Virus record (IMG/VR): IMGVR_UViG_3300044823_000503
Location: 1-60,047 of that record
Source of the DNA: a virus
Lineage: Duplodnaviria; Caudoviricetes
Length of the DNA stretch: 60,047 nucleotides
Direction: 5' to 3' (one strand)
This document shows positions 37,695 to 47,396 of the stretch, one piece after another. The notes below the pieces were generated by a model. That model was not told the DNA's origin and did not search any database. It saw only the letters and a list, made by a program, of their open reading frames with translations. Made by a program: the position numbers and the translations under genes. Position 1 is the first letter of the stretch. Every line of letters starts with the position of its first letter.

Positions 37695-38547
37695 TCGGAG
37701 CGGAGGATCGAATGGGGTCTGCTTAGAACCTGGGCATGTCGCGAAACTGCCCAGCACTTTCAACGGAGGGCACTACATAAGGACGCAGTTGTGAAGACGA
37801 CCTCGCATGCTGCCGCAGGCAGCTACCGCGATCTAATGGCTAGCCTCACGGAGCAACTACAGTCATGGATCGCTGATCCCGATTGGGACCAACCTACCAC
37901 CGATAGGTACAACGAGGGGATATCGCTCCTCGCCAAGCTTATGAACATCGACGACGAGGGCGCACGAACCCTTGTCGTGCAGCAACTTCACTGGAGTACA
38001 ACTACATGACAACTCAACTCGCTTCCGAAAAGGTCATCGTGCAAGCACCGATGAGCTACACAGGTGCCACGAAGCGCATCGTGCGTCTCGCGCGTCGCCT
38101 CGCTTCGTGGCCCAACGTTTGGGTCGCGCCACTACATCGCCCTCCACGGGCTGCGGGCCCGCGACCTTCCCCAGCTTGCCCGCGTCCACGGCTGGGCCAG
38201 GGAGAGGACACCTGAGCGCCCTTGAGGACTGCGGGTGGCCGTGGTGCCGACGGCGGCCGTGGTGCTCCTGCCGGGTGCTGGACGGTATCGCCCAGGCCGC
38301 TGCGGTGGGGCTCCGCGAGGCCCCGGGGAATGGTCGTCCCATCCCTGAGCTCGACGCCTGGCTGCTCGAGCGGGGCGGCAGGGGCGAGGCGTTCAGCGGC
38401 AGGCCCTGCCGTGCGTGTCACGGCCGGGGCGGCTGGGTCACGCCGGGCGTCGTCGTGACGTGCGGCACGTGCGAGGGGAGCGGAACTGTCCCCAAAGGGA
38501 GCCGAGAGGAGCGGTAGGGGGCGGGCTGGGCACCCGTCCCCTCCCGG

Positions 38548-38667
38548 TCACTTGCGCTTGAACTGGCCGAGGCGGTTGCGCGCCACGCGGCTGCGCGAGC
38601 GGCCCTTCTTGGCCTTCTTGTGGCCCTTTTTCCCGAGGTGGGTGTGGGGGTGCGAGTGCCTGTACAT
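38548..38667 (-). CDS. 39-aa highly basic protein (not in ORF track)
   Basis: MYRHSHPHTHLGKKGHKKAKKGRSRSRVARNRLGQFKRK; GGAGG 7 nt upstream. Confidence 0.7.
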   Translation of the reverse strand: MYRHSHPHTHLGKKGHKKAKKGRSRSRVARNRLGQFKRK

Positions 38668-38772
38668 AGACACGCCTCCGTCGAGCCCCGTCCCGGCGCT
38701 GCCCACCGGCACCGTACCACGCCCCGGCCGTCCCGTGGAGCATCGACGGTGCGGTGTACGGTCGCCTTCCGG

Positions 38773-39186
38773 CTACGGCACGTGGACCCCCGAGGCACCC
38801 GCCGCAAGGCCGCCGGCGACCCCCGCCAGCACGGCGATGATGAGCGGTACCCAGAGCTGCCAGATGAGCCGGTAGCGGTGGCTGGGGCCCGCCTGCTGGA
38901 GCTCGGTGACCACCGCGAGGAGTCCATGCACCTCGTCGCGGATGTCCCCCAGGATGCCCTTCAGGCCGATGGCGGGATCACCCACGAGGTCGCGGCGGAG
39001 CTTCTCCTGGTCGAGCCGGAGCATCCCCGTCGCGCCGTTCAGGTCGTGCTCACGCTCGAAGTGGCACTCGCTGTCCCCCTCCATGACCTCCATCCGGTAC
39101 ACCAGGTCGGCTTCGCGGGGACGCTTGGGCCGGCGATGGGGCCGGGGGGTGAGCAGGACGCCAAGGGGGGATCCCTCGCGCATCAC
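38773..39186 (-). CDS. Membrane protein with C-terminal TM
   Basis: Hydrophobic C-terminus. Confidence 0.55.
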   Translation of the reverse strand: MMREGSPLGVLLTPRPHRRPKRPREADLVYRMEVMEGDSECHFEREHDLNGATGMLRLDQEKLRRDLVGDPAIGLKGILGDIRDEVHGLLAVVTELQQAGPSHRYRLIWQLWVPLIIAVLAGVAGGLAAGASGVHVP

Positions 39187-39392
39187 GGCTCAGCACCCGG
39201 CGTCCGTCGAATCGTCAATGGGCGGCGGGCACCGGTACCGGGATCTCTCCACCTCATCGACTGCCCGCCGGACGTGGATATCCACGCGGCGCACCCGGTC
39301 ACGGAGCTCGCGCATCACCTCATCGGCATCCCGGGCCCGGTGGGCGGCAGCCAGGGTGGCAAGGGGAACGGGGAGTCCCCAGCTCATGGGCA

Positions 39393-39782
39393 TCAGCGCC
39401 TCGCCCGTGAACGGCCGCGCCGGCGGGCATGGCGGACGGCATGGCGCTCCGCCCGCCGCTCGCAGCTGCCGCCCCGGCACTCCTCGGTCGGGTGCTGGAA
39501 ATGCCAGTCCTCATGGCCCGCGCTCTTGGCGAGCTGCTCCTTCCAGGTCCTGGCTCCCACCTGGGGATAGGCTGAGGGCGGGTCCAACCAGATCTTGATC
39601 GGCTGGCTGCTGTCGAACGGGGTGAAGGCCATGTCGCCGGTCGGGTCGCGCTGGGGCAGCACGATCACCCGGGGGGGCTTGGCCCGCCAGCCCGCCATGC
39701 AGCGCACCACGATGGCCCGCACCTCAGCGGTCGGGTACCCCGTGCGGTTCTCGACCTCCACCCCGGGTCGCAGAAGCGGCAT
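39393..39782 (-). CDS. HExxH metallopeptidase-like protein
   Basis: AGHEDWH...CERRAE; GGAGG RBS. Confidence 0.6.
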   Translation of the reverse strand: MPLLRPGVEVENRTGYPTAEVRAIVVRCMAGWRAKPPRVIVLPQRDPTGDMAFTPFDSSQPIKIWLDPPSAYPQVGARTWKEQLAKSAGHEDWHFQHPTEECRGGSCERRAERHAVRHARRRGRSRARR

Positions 39783-39794
39783 GGCACGCCTCCG

Positions 39795-40778
39795 TTAGGA
39801 CGCGGGCGCGGCGGCCCGCCGGCGGCGTGGCTTCGGGGGCTTGGCTGACGGTGCAGCCGTGCGCGGGGCTGTGGCCGCCGGCTGGACGGCGGCCCGCTTG
39901 CGGATCCGCTCCGTCATCTCCCTGGCCAGTGCTGGGTCCTCTCGTTCCGCCCAGGCCACCTGCTCGGCGTCGCGGATGGAGGTGCTGTGCGGGGCCACCT
40001 CGCGGGCGATCCGCTCCGCGTCAAGGGCGGATGTCCCGTGGCGGGTCTGGAGCACCTTGCTCATCACCTCGCGCCGCTGGTCCTGGGTGTAGTGGGGGAG
40101 CTCGATCTCGATGAAGCGGTCACGGAGTGCCGCCGACATGCGCCCTGGATCATTGGCGGCGGCGATCACGCGCAGATCCTTGGTGATCTCCTGGATGTTG
40201 CCCATCTTGGCCGTCGACACCCGCCCCAGCATCAGCTCGAGCAGCGCCTCCTGGGCGTCCCGGTCGGCCTTCTCGATCTCATCGATGAAGAGCACCCGGA
40301 CGCGCGGGTCGGCGACCACGTGGGCGAGCGCCGCCGGGGTCATCTGCTTGCCGTCGACGTACCTCCCCTCCTCGGGGAGGGCCTCGCGGGTCGCCTGCAT
40401 GAGGATCGACTTCCCGGTGCCGGGGTCACCCACCAGGAGCACCGACTGGGGCGCCTCGCCCTCCACGCACATGCGCACGATGCCGCGCTCATAGTCCAGG
40501 CCGACGACGGTGTCGAACACGCCCGCCGGCAGGGTGAGCCGCTGGCCCTCGAGGTCGGCCGCCTCCTGTTCGGCGATCACCTGGCTGCCGATGGTATCGC
40601 CCAGGTGAAGGCTCTCGGTGAGCGGTGGCAGCGGCCCGTACTTGGGCACCTCCTCGGTGACGAAGGTGCCGGTCATCCGGCCGGCGAGCGCTCCTCGAGC
40701 GGCCTCGCTGACCATCGTGAGCGCCCCACGCGTGACGAAAGTGGCAACCTCGCCGGCCGCCTCAGGATCAAGGGCCAT
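39795..40778 (-). CDS. AAA+ ATPase
   Basis: GDPGTGKS, VLFIDEIEK, IAAAN, ALRDRF. Confidence 0.9.
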   Translation of the reverse strand: MALDPEAAGEVATFVTRGALTMVSEAARGALAGRMTGTFVTEEVPKYGPLPPLTESLHLGDTIGSQVIAEQEAADLEGQRLTLPAGVFDTVVGLDYERGIVRMCVEGEAPQSVLLVGDPGTGKSILMQATREALPEEGRYVDGKQMTPAALAHVVADPRVRVLFIDEIEKADRDAQEALLELMLGRVSTAKMGNIQEITKDLRVIAAANDPGRMSAALRDRFIEIELPHYTQDQRREVMSKVLQTRHGTSALDAERIAREVAPHSTSIRDAEQVAWAEREDPALAREMTERIRKRAAVQPAATAPRTAAPSAKPPKPRRRRAAAPAS

Positions 40779-40786
40779 CGCGCCCT

Positions 40787-40820
40787 ATCGTACCCGCCAC
40801 CGCCAGAGGGCGGTGAGATC
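40787..40820 (-). promoter_or_regulatory. Viral promoter GATCTCAC-N20-TACGAT
   Basis: One mismatch to the box; ATG follows 8 nt after the -10. Confidence 0.6.
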
Positions 40821-40823
40821 GCG

Positions 40824-41369
40824 TCAGCCGAGGCCGACGTCCACGTGCACCATGCCGCCCTCGGCGCCACTCTCGACCGAGGTCACCCCGGGCAGCTCCG
40901 CCAGCTCCTGCGGGAGCGACAGCGGCTCCCGCCCCGTCGCGATACTGACCGGCCCCTCGATCTTCACGGAACTGAGCGCAGGCGGCAGGGGCGGGGGAAC
41001 GGCGGGAGTGGGGGCACGGCGCACCTGGACGGCCCGCTGCAGGCAGAAGACCGCGAGCGCCAGACCGGTGCCGGCCAGGTTCACGACCTTGAGCGATACG
41101 CCCACCTGGCCGAGATTGGCCCCCACCACGGCCCAGGAGCCCTGGACGGAGAGCAGCGCCGTCTCCAGCCCGTACGAGTCGGCGGTCGCCGCCGCCTTGA
41201 CGCAGAGCGATGCCAGCGCCAAGGCCGCCGCCGCCCCGCTCACCACCTTGACCGACATCCCGAGCCCCGGCAGCTGGGCCGCCACGATGGCCCACACCTG
41301 GAGCACGACGCACAGCGCCCCCTCCGCCGACTTGAGGTCGCGGGCGATCTGGAGGCGGAGGGCGGTCAC
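40824..41369 (-). CDS. Multi-TM protein with internal duplication (holin-like?)
   Basis: WAIVAAQL..LGMSVKVV and WAVVGANL..VGVSLKVV. Confidence 0.6.
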   Translation of the reverse strand: MTALRLQIARDLKSAEGALCVVLQVWAIVAAQLPGLGMSVKVVSGAAAALALASLCVKAAATADSYGLETALLSVQGSWAVVGANLGQVGVSLKVVNLAGTGLALAVFCLQRAVQVRRAPTPAVPPPLPPALSSVKIEGPVSIATGREPLSLPQELAELPGVTSVESGAEGGMVHVDVGLG

Positions 41370-41905
41370 TTCCTGGGGTAACGCAGCGCGGTCACCGGCA
41401 CCCGGCGCGCGTGGGGCGGCCGCGGGTACTTGCCCCGCCGCTCCAGGGCGTCGATGCCGAGCGCGATGGCGAGGATGCCGACGGCGGTGCCGGCCAGCCC
41501 CCAGAAGACGAGATTGTCACCCTTCCAGGCCTCCTCCTGGCCCTGCGCCCACTCCGCGATCGGCTCCAGGCGGACCTCCACGAGAGCCCCCTGGAGCGGC
41601 AGGAGCTGCTGGCTCTGAAAGTCCGCGAGGCTCATCCCACCCGGCACCGTCCCCGCCTGGGTCATCCCGCGGATCACCGCCAGCACGGAGCCGCAGACCT
41701 CCGCCGCCACCCCGAGGCCCGCTGACTGGTAGTCGGCGCAGGCCCAGCCGAGCCACTCCTGCACCTGCCAGAGCGCCGCGAAGCACTCATCCTCGTACGG
41801 GGCGTGGATCGCCTCCTCGAGGTACACCTGAGCGGCCACGAGGTCGGCGGAGGCGCCGGCCAGGGCGTCGGCGGGCAACGGCAGGACCGCCAGAGCGTCG
41901 CTCAT
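41366..41905 (-). CDS. Helical TM-anchored protein, paralogue of 15358-15795
   Basis: Alignment by eye; preceded by GATCTCCC-N21-CACAAT (41913-41947). Confidence 0.7.
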   Translation of the reverse strand: MSDALAVLPLPADALAGASADLVAAQVYLEEAIHAPYEDECFAALWQVQEWLGWACADYQSAGLGVAAEVCGSVLAVIRGMTQAGTVPGGMSLADFQSQQLLPLQGALVEVRLEPIAEWAQGQEEAWKGDNLVFWGLAGTAVGILAIALGIDALERRGKYPRPPHARRVPVTALRYPRK

Positions 41906-42341
41906 GCCAGCGATTGTGACAGGGTCAGAGGCGGTCAGTGGGAGATCGCGGCCCCCTGGTCAGACCCTGCCTCAGGACGCCTTCGGAAGCTGCGGGCGGG
42001 CGGCGAGAATCCCCTTCAGGTACGTCTGGTACGGGATGCCCACGCGCGCCGCTTCGGCCTTCAGGCTGCGCAACAACTCGGGCGGCATACGCAGCCCCAC
42101 CGGGACCTAGGGGGTGGCCGACCCCTGGCGGAGCCGCGCGACGTACGCCTCGAACTCCGCGCCACTCATCGCCGCATACGGATCGTGGAACGGGTGCCTG
42201 CGTGCTCTCATCGCTTCCTTCCCTCCGGGTGTGCCCGAGAGCCAGCGCTACCACGCCCAGATGGGGAACGGCCCGCCCGCAGACAGCCAACGCCGGCCGT
42301 CCCGGCGGGCCGCGATCCTCGCCCCCAGTGTACCAGCCGGG

Positions 42342-42875
42342 TCACGCCGGCATCTGCCGCTCGAGCGTCCAACCGCCCCGGCCGGGGCCGAGCGCATAGA
42401 CGGTGGCGGGCGAGTCCCACTCCTCGTCAGTGCCCATGTCGATGTCGGCCCGGGTGAGCGCGTACGCCGCCGCCCCCGAGCAGAGAGCGGTCCCCTGGAG
42501 GCCGAAGCGCAACCGCGAGCCGGTCGCGAACATGAGCACCTCGCTGGCGATCCCGACCCAGCCGTACCCCTCACCATCGACCGCCAGCTCCTGCATGGCG
42601 GCGACACAGGCGGCCGCGCCGGAGGGGCCGTATGGCGGCATCCACGCTGCCCAGGCCACCCAGCCCTGCTCCTGATCCAGTTTCCAAGGCACGACCCCGG
42701 TGGGACGCGCCTCGATCACCTCGCCCGGTGCCACGCAGACCGCCACATGGTTCCAATACGCGGGGTCACCTGGACCCCGGGCCCGCCCGTACCGGCGCGC
42801 CTCGCCGAACCGGATCAGCGCCGGCCCCACCCCCGCGTTGCGGACGAAGATGATCGCGCCCGGGCTGACGTTCAC
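42342..42875 (-). CDS. Permuted papain-like NlpC/P60 (YiiX-like) enzyme
   Basis: PGAIIF...WNHVAV...VIEA...GYGW...LCS (His precedes Cys). Confidence 0.75.
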   Translation of the reverse strand: MNVSPGAIIFVRNAGVGPALIRFGEARRYGRARGPGDPAYWNHVAVCVAPGEVIEARPTGVVPWKLDQEQGWVAWAAWMPPYGPSGAAACVAAMQELAVDGEGYGWVGIASEVLMFATGSRLRFGLQGTALCSGAAAYALTRADIDMGTDEEWDSPATVYALGPGRGGWTLERQMPA

Positions 42876-43087
42876 TTGGCGGGGCCCGCGCGCCCCCGGA
42901 TGATGCCGCCCGAGGCGACCAGAAGCGCCGCCACCGTCCCCAGAGGGATGGCCTGCTCCACCGCCTGGCTCTCCGTCTGCGCCGGCCGGCGGGTGAACAC
43001 CCGCGCCGCCTCGAGAGCGATGAAGAACAGCCCCATCATCATCAGGCCGTCGCCCGCCACCTGCTGCCGCGTCGCCGCCATGGCAGG

Positions 43088-43474
43088 CTAGAGGATGCCG
43101 GCAGCGGAAAGCTGCATGGCAGGCGCGGCGCGTTCCACCATGCGCCGGGACGGCGTCACCTCGCCCGCCGCCACATCGCCGAAACCGGTCAAATTGTTCT
43201 CCGCTGCGGCGACCCCGTTCACCATCGCGGAGAGCACCACCCCGCCGATGGTCGCCGCCACCGTCCCCACCCAGTTCCACGCGCTGAGGTGGTGGCCGGG
43301 GGGCTCATCCTTCACGAGCAGCGCGATGCCGCCGCCCGCAGTGGCCAGGGAGGCGATCCCGACCCAGGCGCTGGTCGAGCTTCGACCCTCCGGCACGGCG
43401 AGATAGACGGCGTCGATCACCCCCGCGCCGGCTCCAGCCCCGAGCAGCGCCGCCCCTATCGCGTGGTGGGCCAC
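43088..43474 (-). CDS. Three-TM membrane protein, ends LSAAGIL
   Basis: GAGGAG RBS, hydrophobic segments. Confidence 0.65.
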   Translation of the reverse strand: MAHHAIGAALLGAGAGAGVIDAVYLAVPEGRSSTSAWVGIASLATAGGGIALLVKDEPPGHHLSAWNWVGTVAATIGGVVLSAMVNGVAAAENNLTGFGDVAAGEVTPSRRMVERAAPAMQLSAAGIL

Positions 43475-43484
43475 GGCGTGCTCC

Positions 43485-44759
43485 TCAGAGGATGCCCGGC
43501 GAGGACACCGCCAGCGCCGGCGCGGCCACCATGCCCGATGCCGAGCCACCGGGGATGTGGCCCTGGCCCCAGTAGCCGACGATGTCGGTGTAGAACTCCG
43601 AGCTCGCCGCGAAGGCCATGGCCAGCGCCATCCAGCCGCGCTCCTCGATGCTCGATCCGCCGAACGCCCCGGCCCCCTCCGGATCTCCATAGATGGCGAG
43701 CCAATTCTGTTGGGTCGCCACCCAGTTGGGATCGATGGGCCGGTTGAGGATGAGCTGGAAGGCGGCCGGGATCCACTGGTACGCTCCGATCGGCTGGTAC
43801 GAGTCCGGCCCGTTGGGGGTTTCCGCCCCACAGATCCCGTATTGATCGGGGTCCGGGACCGCGATGGCGTTGCCACCAGCGGCCACGGTGATGCGGTTGA
43901 AAAACTCGCAGCCCGCGTCGGCGATGATCTCGTACGCCACGGTGGCGATGCCCGTCGAGGTCCCGATCGGCGCGTTGTAGATGTTCGTCCAGTGCTGGTC
44001 ATTGGGCTCGTTGCACGGCCAGCGACCGAGCAGCACGCGGAAGACCAGGGAGGCGATCTGCGTGCTCTCGCTGGCCCCGGCATACCAGGCGGGCGAACTG
44101 GGCGAGGTGCCGGGGTCGCTGCCCACGCACACCCCGGTCGGGGTCGGCGTGGGAGTGGCCGTGCAGAGCGCCGGCCCCAGCACGCAGGTGCTCGAGCCGT
44201 CGATGTCGGCACCCTGCGAGCACGAAGCCAGGAGCGCCTGCATGGTCGCGTCCGAGACGTTCGTGACATGGGAGGCATCGCTGCAGTACCCACAGGCCGC
44301 CAGCGCCGCCAGGGATGTGATGCCGTGCATCACTCCATTGGAGTCGACGGCATACATGCTGCCCGTGGTGGCGTCGCGGATGATGCTGCCCGCCGGTGGA
44401 CAGGTGGGCGTGAGCACAGGCACGGGGATGGGCTGGCAGCCGGACTGGTCAGCGAGCGGCTCCAGGCCAGGGGCGCAGGAGAGGCACTGCGAGATGGGAT
44501 TTCCTGTAGAGCGCACCGTGCCCGACGGGCAGGGGACGCACCCCGAGGCCCCCGCCGGGAGGTACTGCCCCGGGGGACACGATGAGGGGGAGGGCTTGCC
44601 CCTCGGCCAGAGCAGCCAGGCGAGCAGCGCCGCGAGGCTCACCCCGCCCACACCGAAGGCCACCTTCTCGCCGGTGTGAGAGCTCGGCCGGTTGACCGGC
44701 TTGCGGCCACGGGACGGGGTGAGCGGCGCGGGAGCGAGGGCGACGGCCTGCGCGGGCAT
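43485..44759 (-). CDS. TM-anchored Cys-rich protein with DUF4214-like repeats, ends VSSPGIL
   Basis: FRVLLGR...HW and FQLILNRPID...W...FAASSEF; promoter GATCTCCC-N21-TACCAT (44767-44801). Confidence 0.65.
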   Translation of the reverse strand: MPAQAVALAPAPLTPSRGRKPVNRPSSHTGEKVAFGVGGVSLAALLAWLLWPRGKPSPSSCPPGQYLPAGASGCVPCPSGTVRSTGNPISQCLSCAPGLEPLADQSGCQPIPVPVLTPTCPPAGSIIRDATTGSMYAVDSNGVMHGITSLAALAACGYCSDASHVTNVSDATMQALLASCSQGADIDGSSTCVLGPALCTATPTPTPTGVCVGSDPGTSPSSPAWYAGASESTQIASLVFRVLLGRWPCNEPNDQHWTNIYNAPIGTSTGIATVAYEIIADAGCEFFNRITVAAGGNAIAVPDPDQYGICGAETPNGPDSYQPIGAYQWIPAAFQLILNRPIDPNWVATQQNWLAIYGDPEGAGAFGGSSIEERGWMALAMAFAASSEFYTDIVGYWGQGHIPGGSASGMVAAPALAVSSPGIL

Positions 44760-44799
44760 CGCGCCGATGGTACCGCCATGCGGCGACCTCGCAGGGAGA

Positions 44800-45492
44800 T
44801 CAGGCCGGTTCCCCGCCCACCTCCTGGAGCTGGCGCCGGAAGTGCGCCTCGTCACCGGGCCGGTCGGGATCGCCCCAGTCCGGCGCCGGTTGGGCCTGGA
44901 TGCCTCCGTACCCTATCACCGGGTACTGGGGGGCCACCATGAGCGGGGGCTCCGCGATCACGCCCAGGAAACAGAACTCCTCCCGACCGGCGCGGAGGTC
45001 ACGGCTGGCCAGCATCGACAGCACGAGCCGCTGGGTGGGGGCGATGTAGACGGGGTCGAAGTACCCCACCCGCTGCGACGGGTAGCGGAGCACACCGTGC
45101 TCATCCCGCTCATCGGGGGGATATGCGTAGAGGGGGGCCAGCTGGAGCTCGGCGAAGGCCACGGCCCCCGTGCCGAGGCGCATGGCGTCGACCCGGGGCC
45201 AGCGGCTGAGCGCCTCATACCCGTACAGGACGATCGCGGCCCGGGGGTTGCCCTGCGTCCCCGGGAAGACATTGTGCGCCCAGGTGTCGGCCCGCAGCGC
45301 CACCGGGTTGCGCAGCCGCGCCACCGCCCGCTCGCCTCCGAGCAGATCGGCTGCCCCCACCGCCCGCACCGTCAGATCCTCGTAGCCGTCGCGCCCAGCG
45401 AGTTCCTGGGCCATCCTGATCGCGGTACGGCGGAGTTGCTGCACCTGCTGCGGCGTCACCGCCGCCTGCGGGACGACGATGATGGCTGGCAC
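44800..45492 (-). CDS. Paralogue of the candidate capsid protein 12256-12849
   Basis: DLTVR/DLTTR, LGTG..FA..L.PL, RVGYFDPVY/RMGYFDPIY, GVIAEPP/GIIAEPP. Confidence 0.75.
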   Translation of the reverse strand: MPAIIVVPQAAVTPQQVQQLRRTAIRMAQELAGRDGYEDLTVRAVGAADLLGGERAVARLRNPVALRADTWAHNVFPGTQGNPRAAIVLYGYEALSRWPRVDAMRLGTGAVAFAELQLAPLYAYPPDERDEHGVLRYPSQRVGYFDPVYIAPTQRLVLSMLASRDLRAGREEFCFLGVIAEPPLMVAPQYPVIGYGGIQAQPAPDWGDPDRPGDEAHFRRQLQEVGGEPA

Positions 45493-46085
45493 TAGTGCTG
45501 CACGACGCCGACGCGCAGGAACCTGCCCGGGTCGTGCTCCAGCAGCAGCTTGGTCGAGAGCAGGGTGTCGCTTCGCGGCTGGATCACCTGGGGCACCACG
45601 CAGAGCGCGAAGGGCAGTTCGCGCCCCTCCCAGAGCGGGCTCGCGGCATAGCCATTCCACCCCGGCACCCGCCAGCGCCGGTACAGAAACTCTGGGTGCC
45701 AGGCCTCGGGGAGGGTCACCGTGAAGCACGCCCGCTCCGCAAACTCAGCGCTCTGCTCCGCCGTCAGATGGCGGAGGAGCAGGAGGCGGGCCACCTGCTC
45801 CGCATCGGCCGTCACTGGCGCACCGTGTCCCACCGCCGGCTCGAGGTGGCCCCGCAACACCTCGGGGCCGATCTCGTCAAGGGTCGGAGGCGGCCGATGA
45901 CGTAGGTGCGGCCAGCCCCAGTACGAGCACCAGTTGACGAAGGCCAGCCCAGCCCCAGCGAACGCCACGGCGGCAAGGAGTGACCCCGGCAGCGGCCACC
46001 GCGCGGTGTCACTGGCGATGCCCCCGAAGACCATCGCGGTCAAGCCCGTGCCCGATCCCAGCAGGCTCAGATCAGCCCGGTTCAT
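45492..46085 (-). CDS. Membrane-anchored phage hypothetical protein
   Basis: Two N-terminal TM segments; ARLLL..HLT.EQ...DTLL..KLLLE.D..RFL. Confidence 0.6.
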   Translation of the reverse strand: MNRADLSLLGSGTGLTAMVFGGIASDTARWPLPGSLLAAVAFAGAGLAFVNWCSYWGWPHLRHRPPPTLDEIGPEVLRGHLEPAVGHGAPVTADAEQVARLLLLRHLTAEQSAEFAERACFTVTLPEAWHPEFLYRRWRVPGWNGYAASPLWEGRELPFALCVVPQVIQPRSDTLLSTKLLLEHDPGRFLRVGVVQH

Positions 46086-46096
46086 CCGGTCGTGTC

Positions 46097-46330
46097 TCAG
46101 CCTCCCTGGACAGGCGCGATGATGGTCGTCTCCACGGCCTGGGGGTCGAATGCCTTGATCCTGGTGCTGACCCCCTTGCCGTAGTCGGCAAAGGCGGCGT
46201 GACCCCTGCCCATCAGACCGTCGAACACCGCCCGGGCGGCATCCACCTCCGCCGGCGCCTTGGGGTTGAAAGTGATGGGCGCGTCCCCACGACGCCCCAG
46301 GACACGGATCACATGCTCAGCCATGGTCAT
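46097..46330 (-). CDS. Small protein ending in di-Gly (APVQGG)
   Basis: GGAGG RBS; GD...EVDAARAVFD.L..RG...FDP.A. Confidence 0.7.
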   Translation of the reverse strand: MTMAEHVIRVLGRRGDAPITFNPKAPAEVDAARAVFDGLMGRGHAAFADYGKGVSTRIKAFDPQAVETTIIAPVQGG

Positions 46331-47231
46331 CCTCCAATTGATGGTTTGCTTGCGCCGCCCGGACTGCCCGCGCGACGCCGTCTGCGATGGAGATCTGCGG
46401 GCTGTAGACGCTCTGGAGAAGTGTGACGTCGGCCACCCGGTAGGGGACCCCCACCGGTCGGTCGGAGCGGTGGAGGATCGGCCTCTCCCGCCCCGCCGCA
46501 CACATGGCCAGGTTCGCAACCTCGTCCACCGATGTGCCCACTCCCGTGCCGATGTTGACCGGCCCGTCCACGCCCTCGTCAACCAGCGTGAGGACCGCCG
46601 CCACGCAGTCATCGACATGGACGAAGTCGTGGGTCTGGGTGCCATCGCCCCACACCTCGAGCGCCTCGCTGTCGGAGACGGCCCGCTCCACAAACACCGG
46701 CACGACGTGACTGGTCTCCTGGTCAGAGCCGTATACGGAGAAGGGGCGGATGACGGTCACCGGGATGCCGGCGGCGCGCACGCTACCAGCGATCACCTCC
46801 CCGGTCAGCTTGACCCAGCCGTACGTGGCGTCGGCCTGGCCGTGGTAGTCGCGGATCACGGCATCGACCTCGGACAGCGCCCGGCCCGGGCGCTGGTTGT
46901 GCAGCGGGTAGACGCAACTGGAGGAGAAGTACACGATCCTGCGCGGCCGGACGCGCAGCGCCCACTCAAAGAACGCCCCATCCAGCTGCGCGTTCATGGC
47001 TCCGATCAGCGCCGGGAACCTCGTGATCCCCTCGATCCCACCGGTGAGCGCCGCACAGTGCACGGCGAGGTCGAAGGAGCCCAGCTCGGGCAGGCGCATG
47101 CGGCAGTCCCCACCCAAGTTCAGGTCGAGCCCCACCACCGCAGCGTCCTCGTACCGCTCCCGACACGTCGCCATGAGGTGCCGGCCGATGAAACCGCCGC
47201 TGCCCGTGACCAGGATGCTGCGCGGTCTCAT
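46317..47231 (-). CDS. NAD-dependent epimerase/dehydratase
   Basis: ILVTGSGGFIG, FSSSCVY, YGWVK, WGDGTQTHDFVHV. Confidence 0.95.
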   Translation of the reverse strand: MRPRSILVTGSGGFIGRHLMATCRERYEDAAVVGLDLNLGGDCRMRLPELGSFDLAVHCAALTGGIEGITRFPALIGAMNAQLDGAFFEWALRVRPRRIVYFSSSCVYPLHNQRPGRALSEVDAVIRDYHGQADATYGWVKLTGEVIAGSVRAAGIPVTVIRPFSVYGSDQETSHVVPVFVERAVSDSEALEVWGDGTQTHDFVHVDDCVAAVLTLVDEGVDGPVNIGTGVGTSVDEVANLAMCAAGRERPILHRSDRPVGVPYRVADVTLLQSVYSPQISIADGVARAVRAAQANHQLEDDHG

Positions 47232-47396
47232 GGCTTGCTCCTCGCCGCACGGTCCGCCTGGACGCCCAGGAGGTCGTGCTCCACGATCACCCGATCAACC
47301 CTCACAGTCCGAGCGTACAGGACGGCGCGGATCGCCTGGGCCTCCTCCGCGAGCAGCTCCACTGTCACCGTCCAGGTGACCGTGACCGCGATGGGG

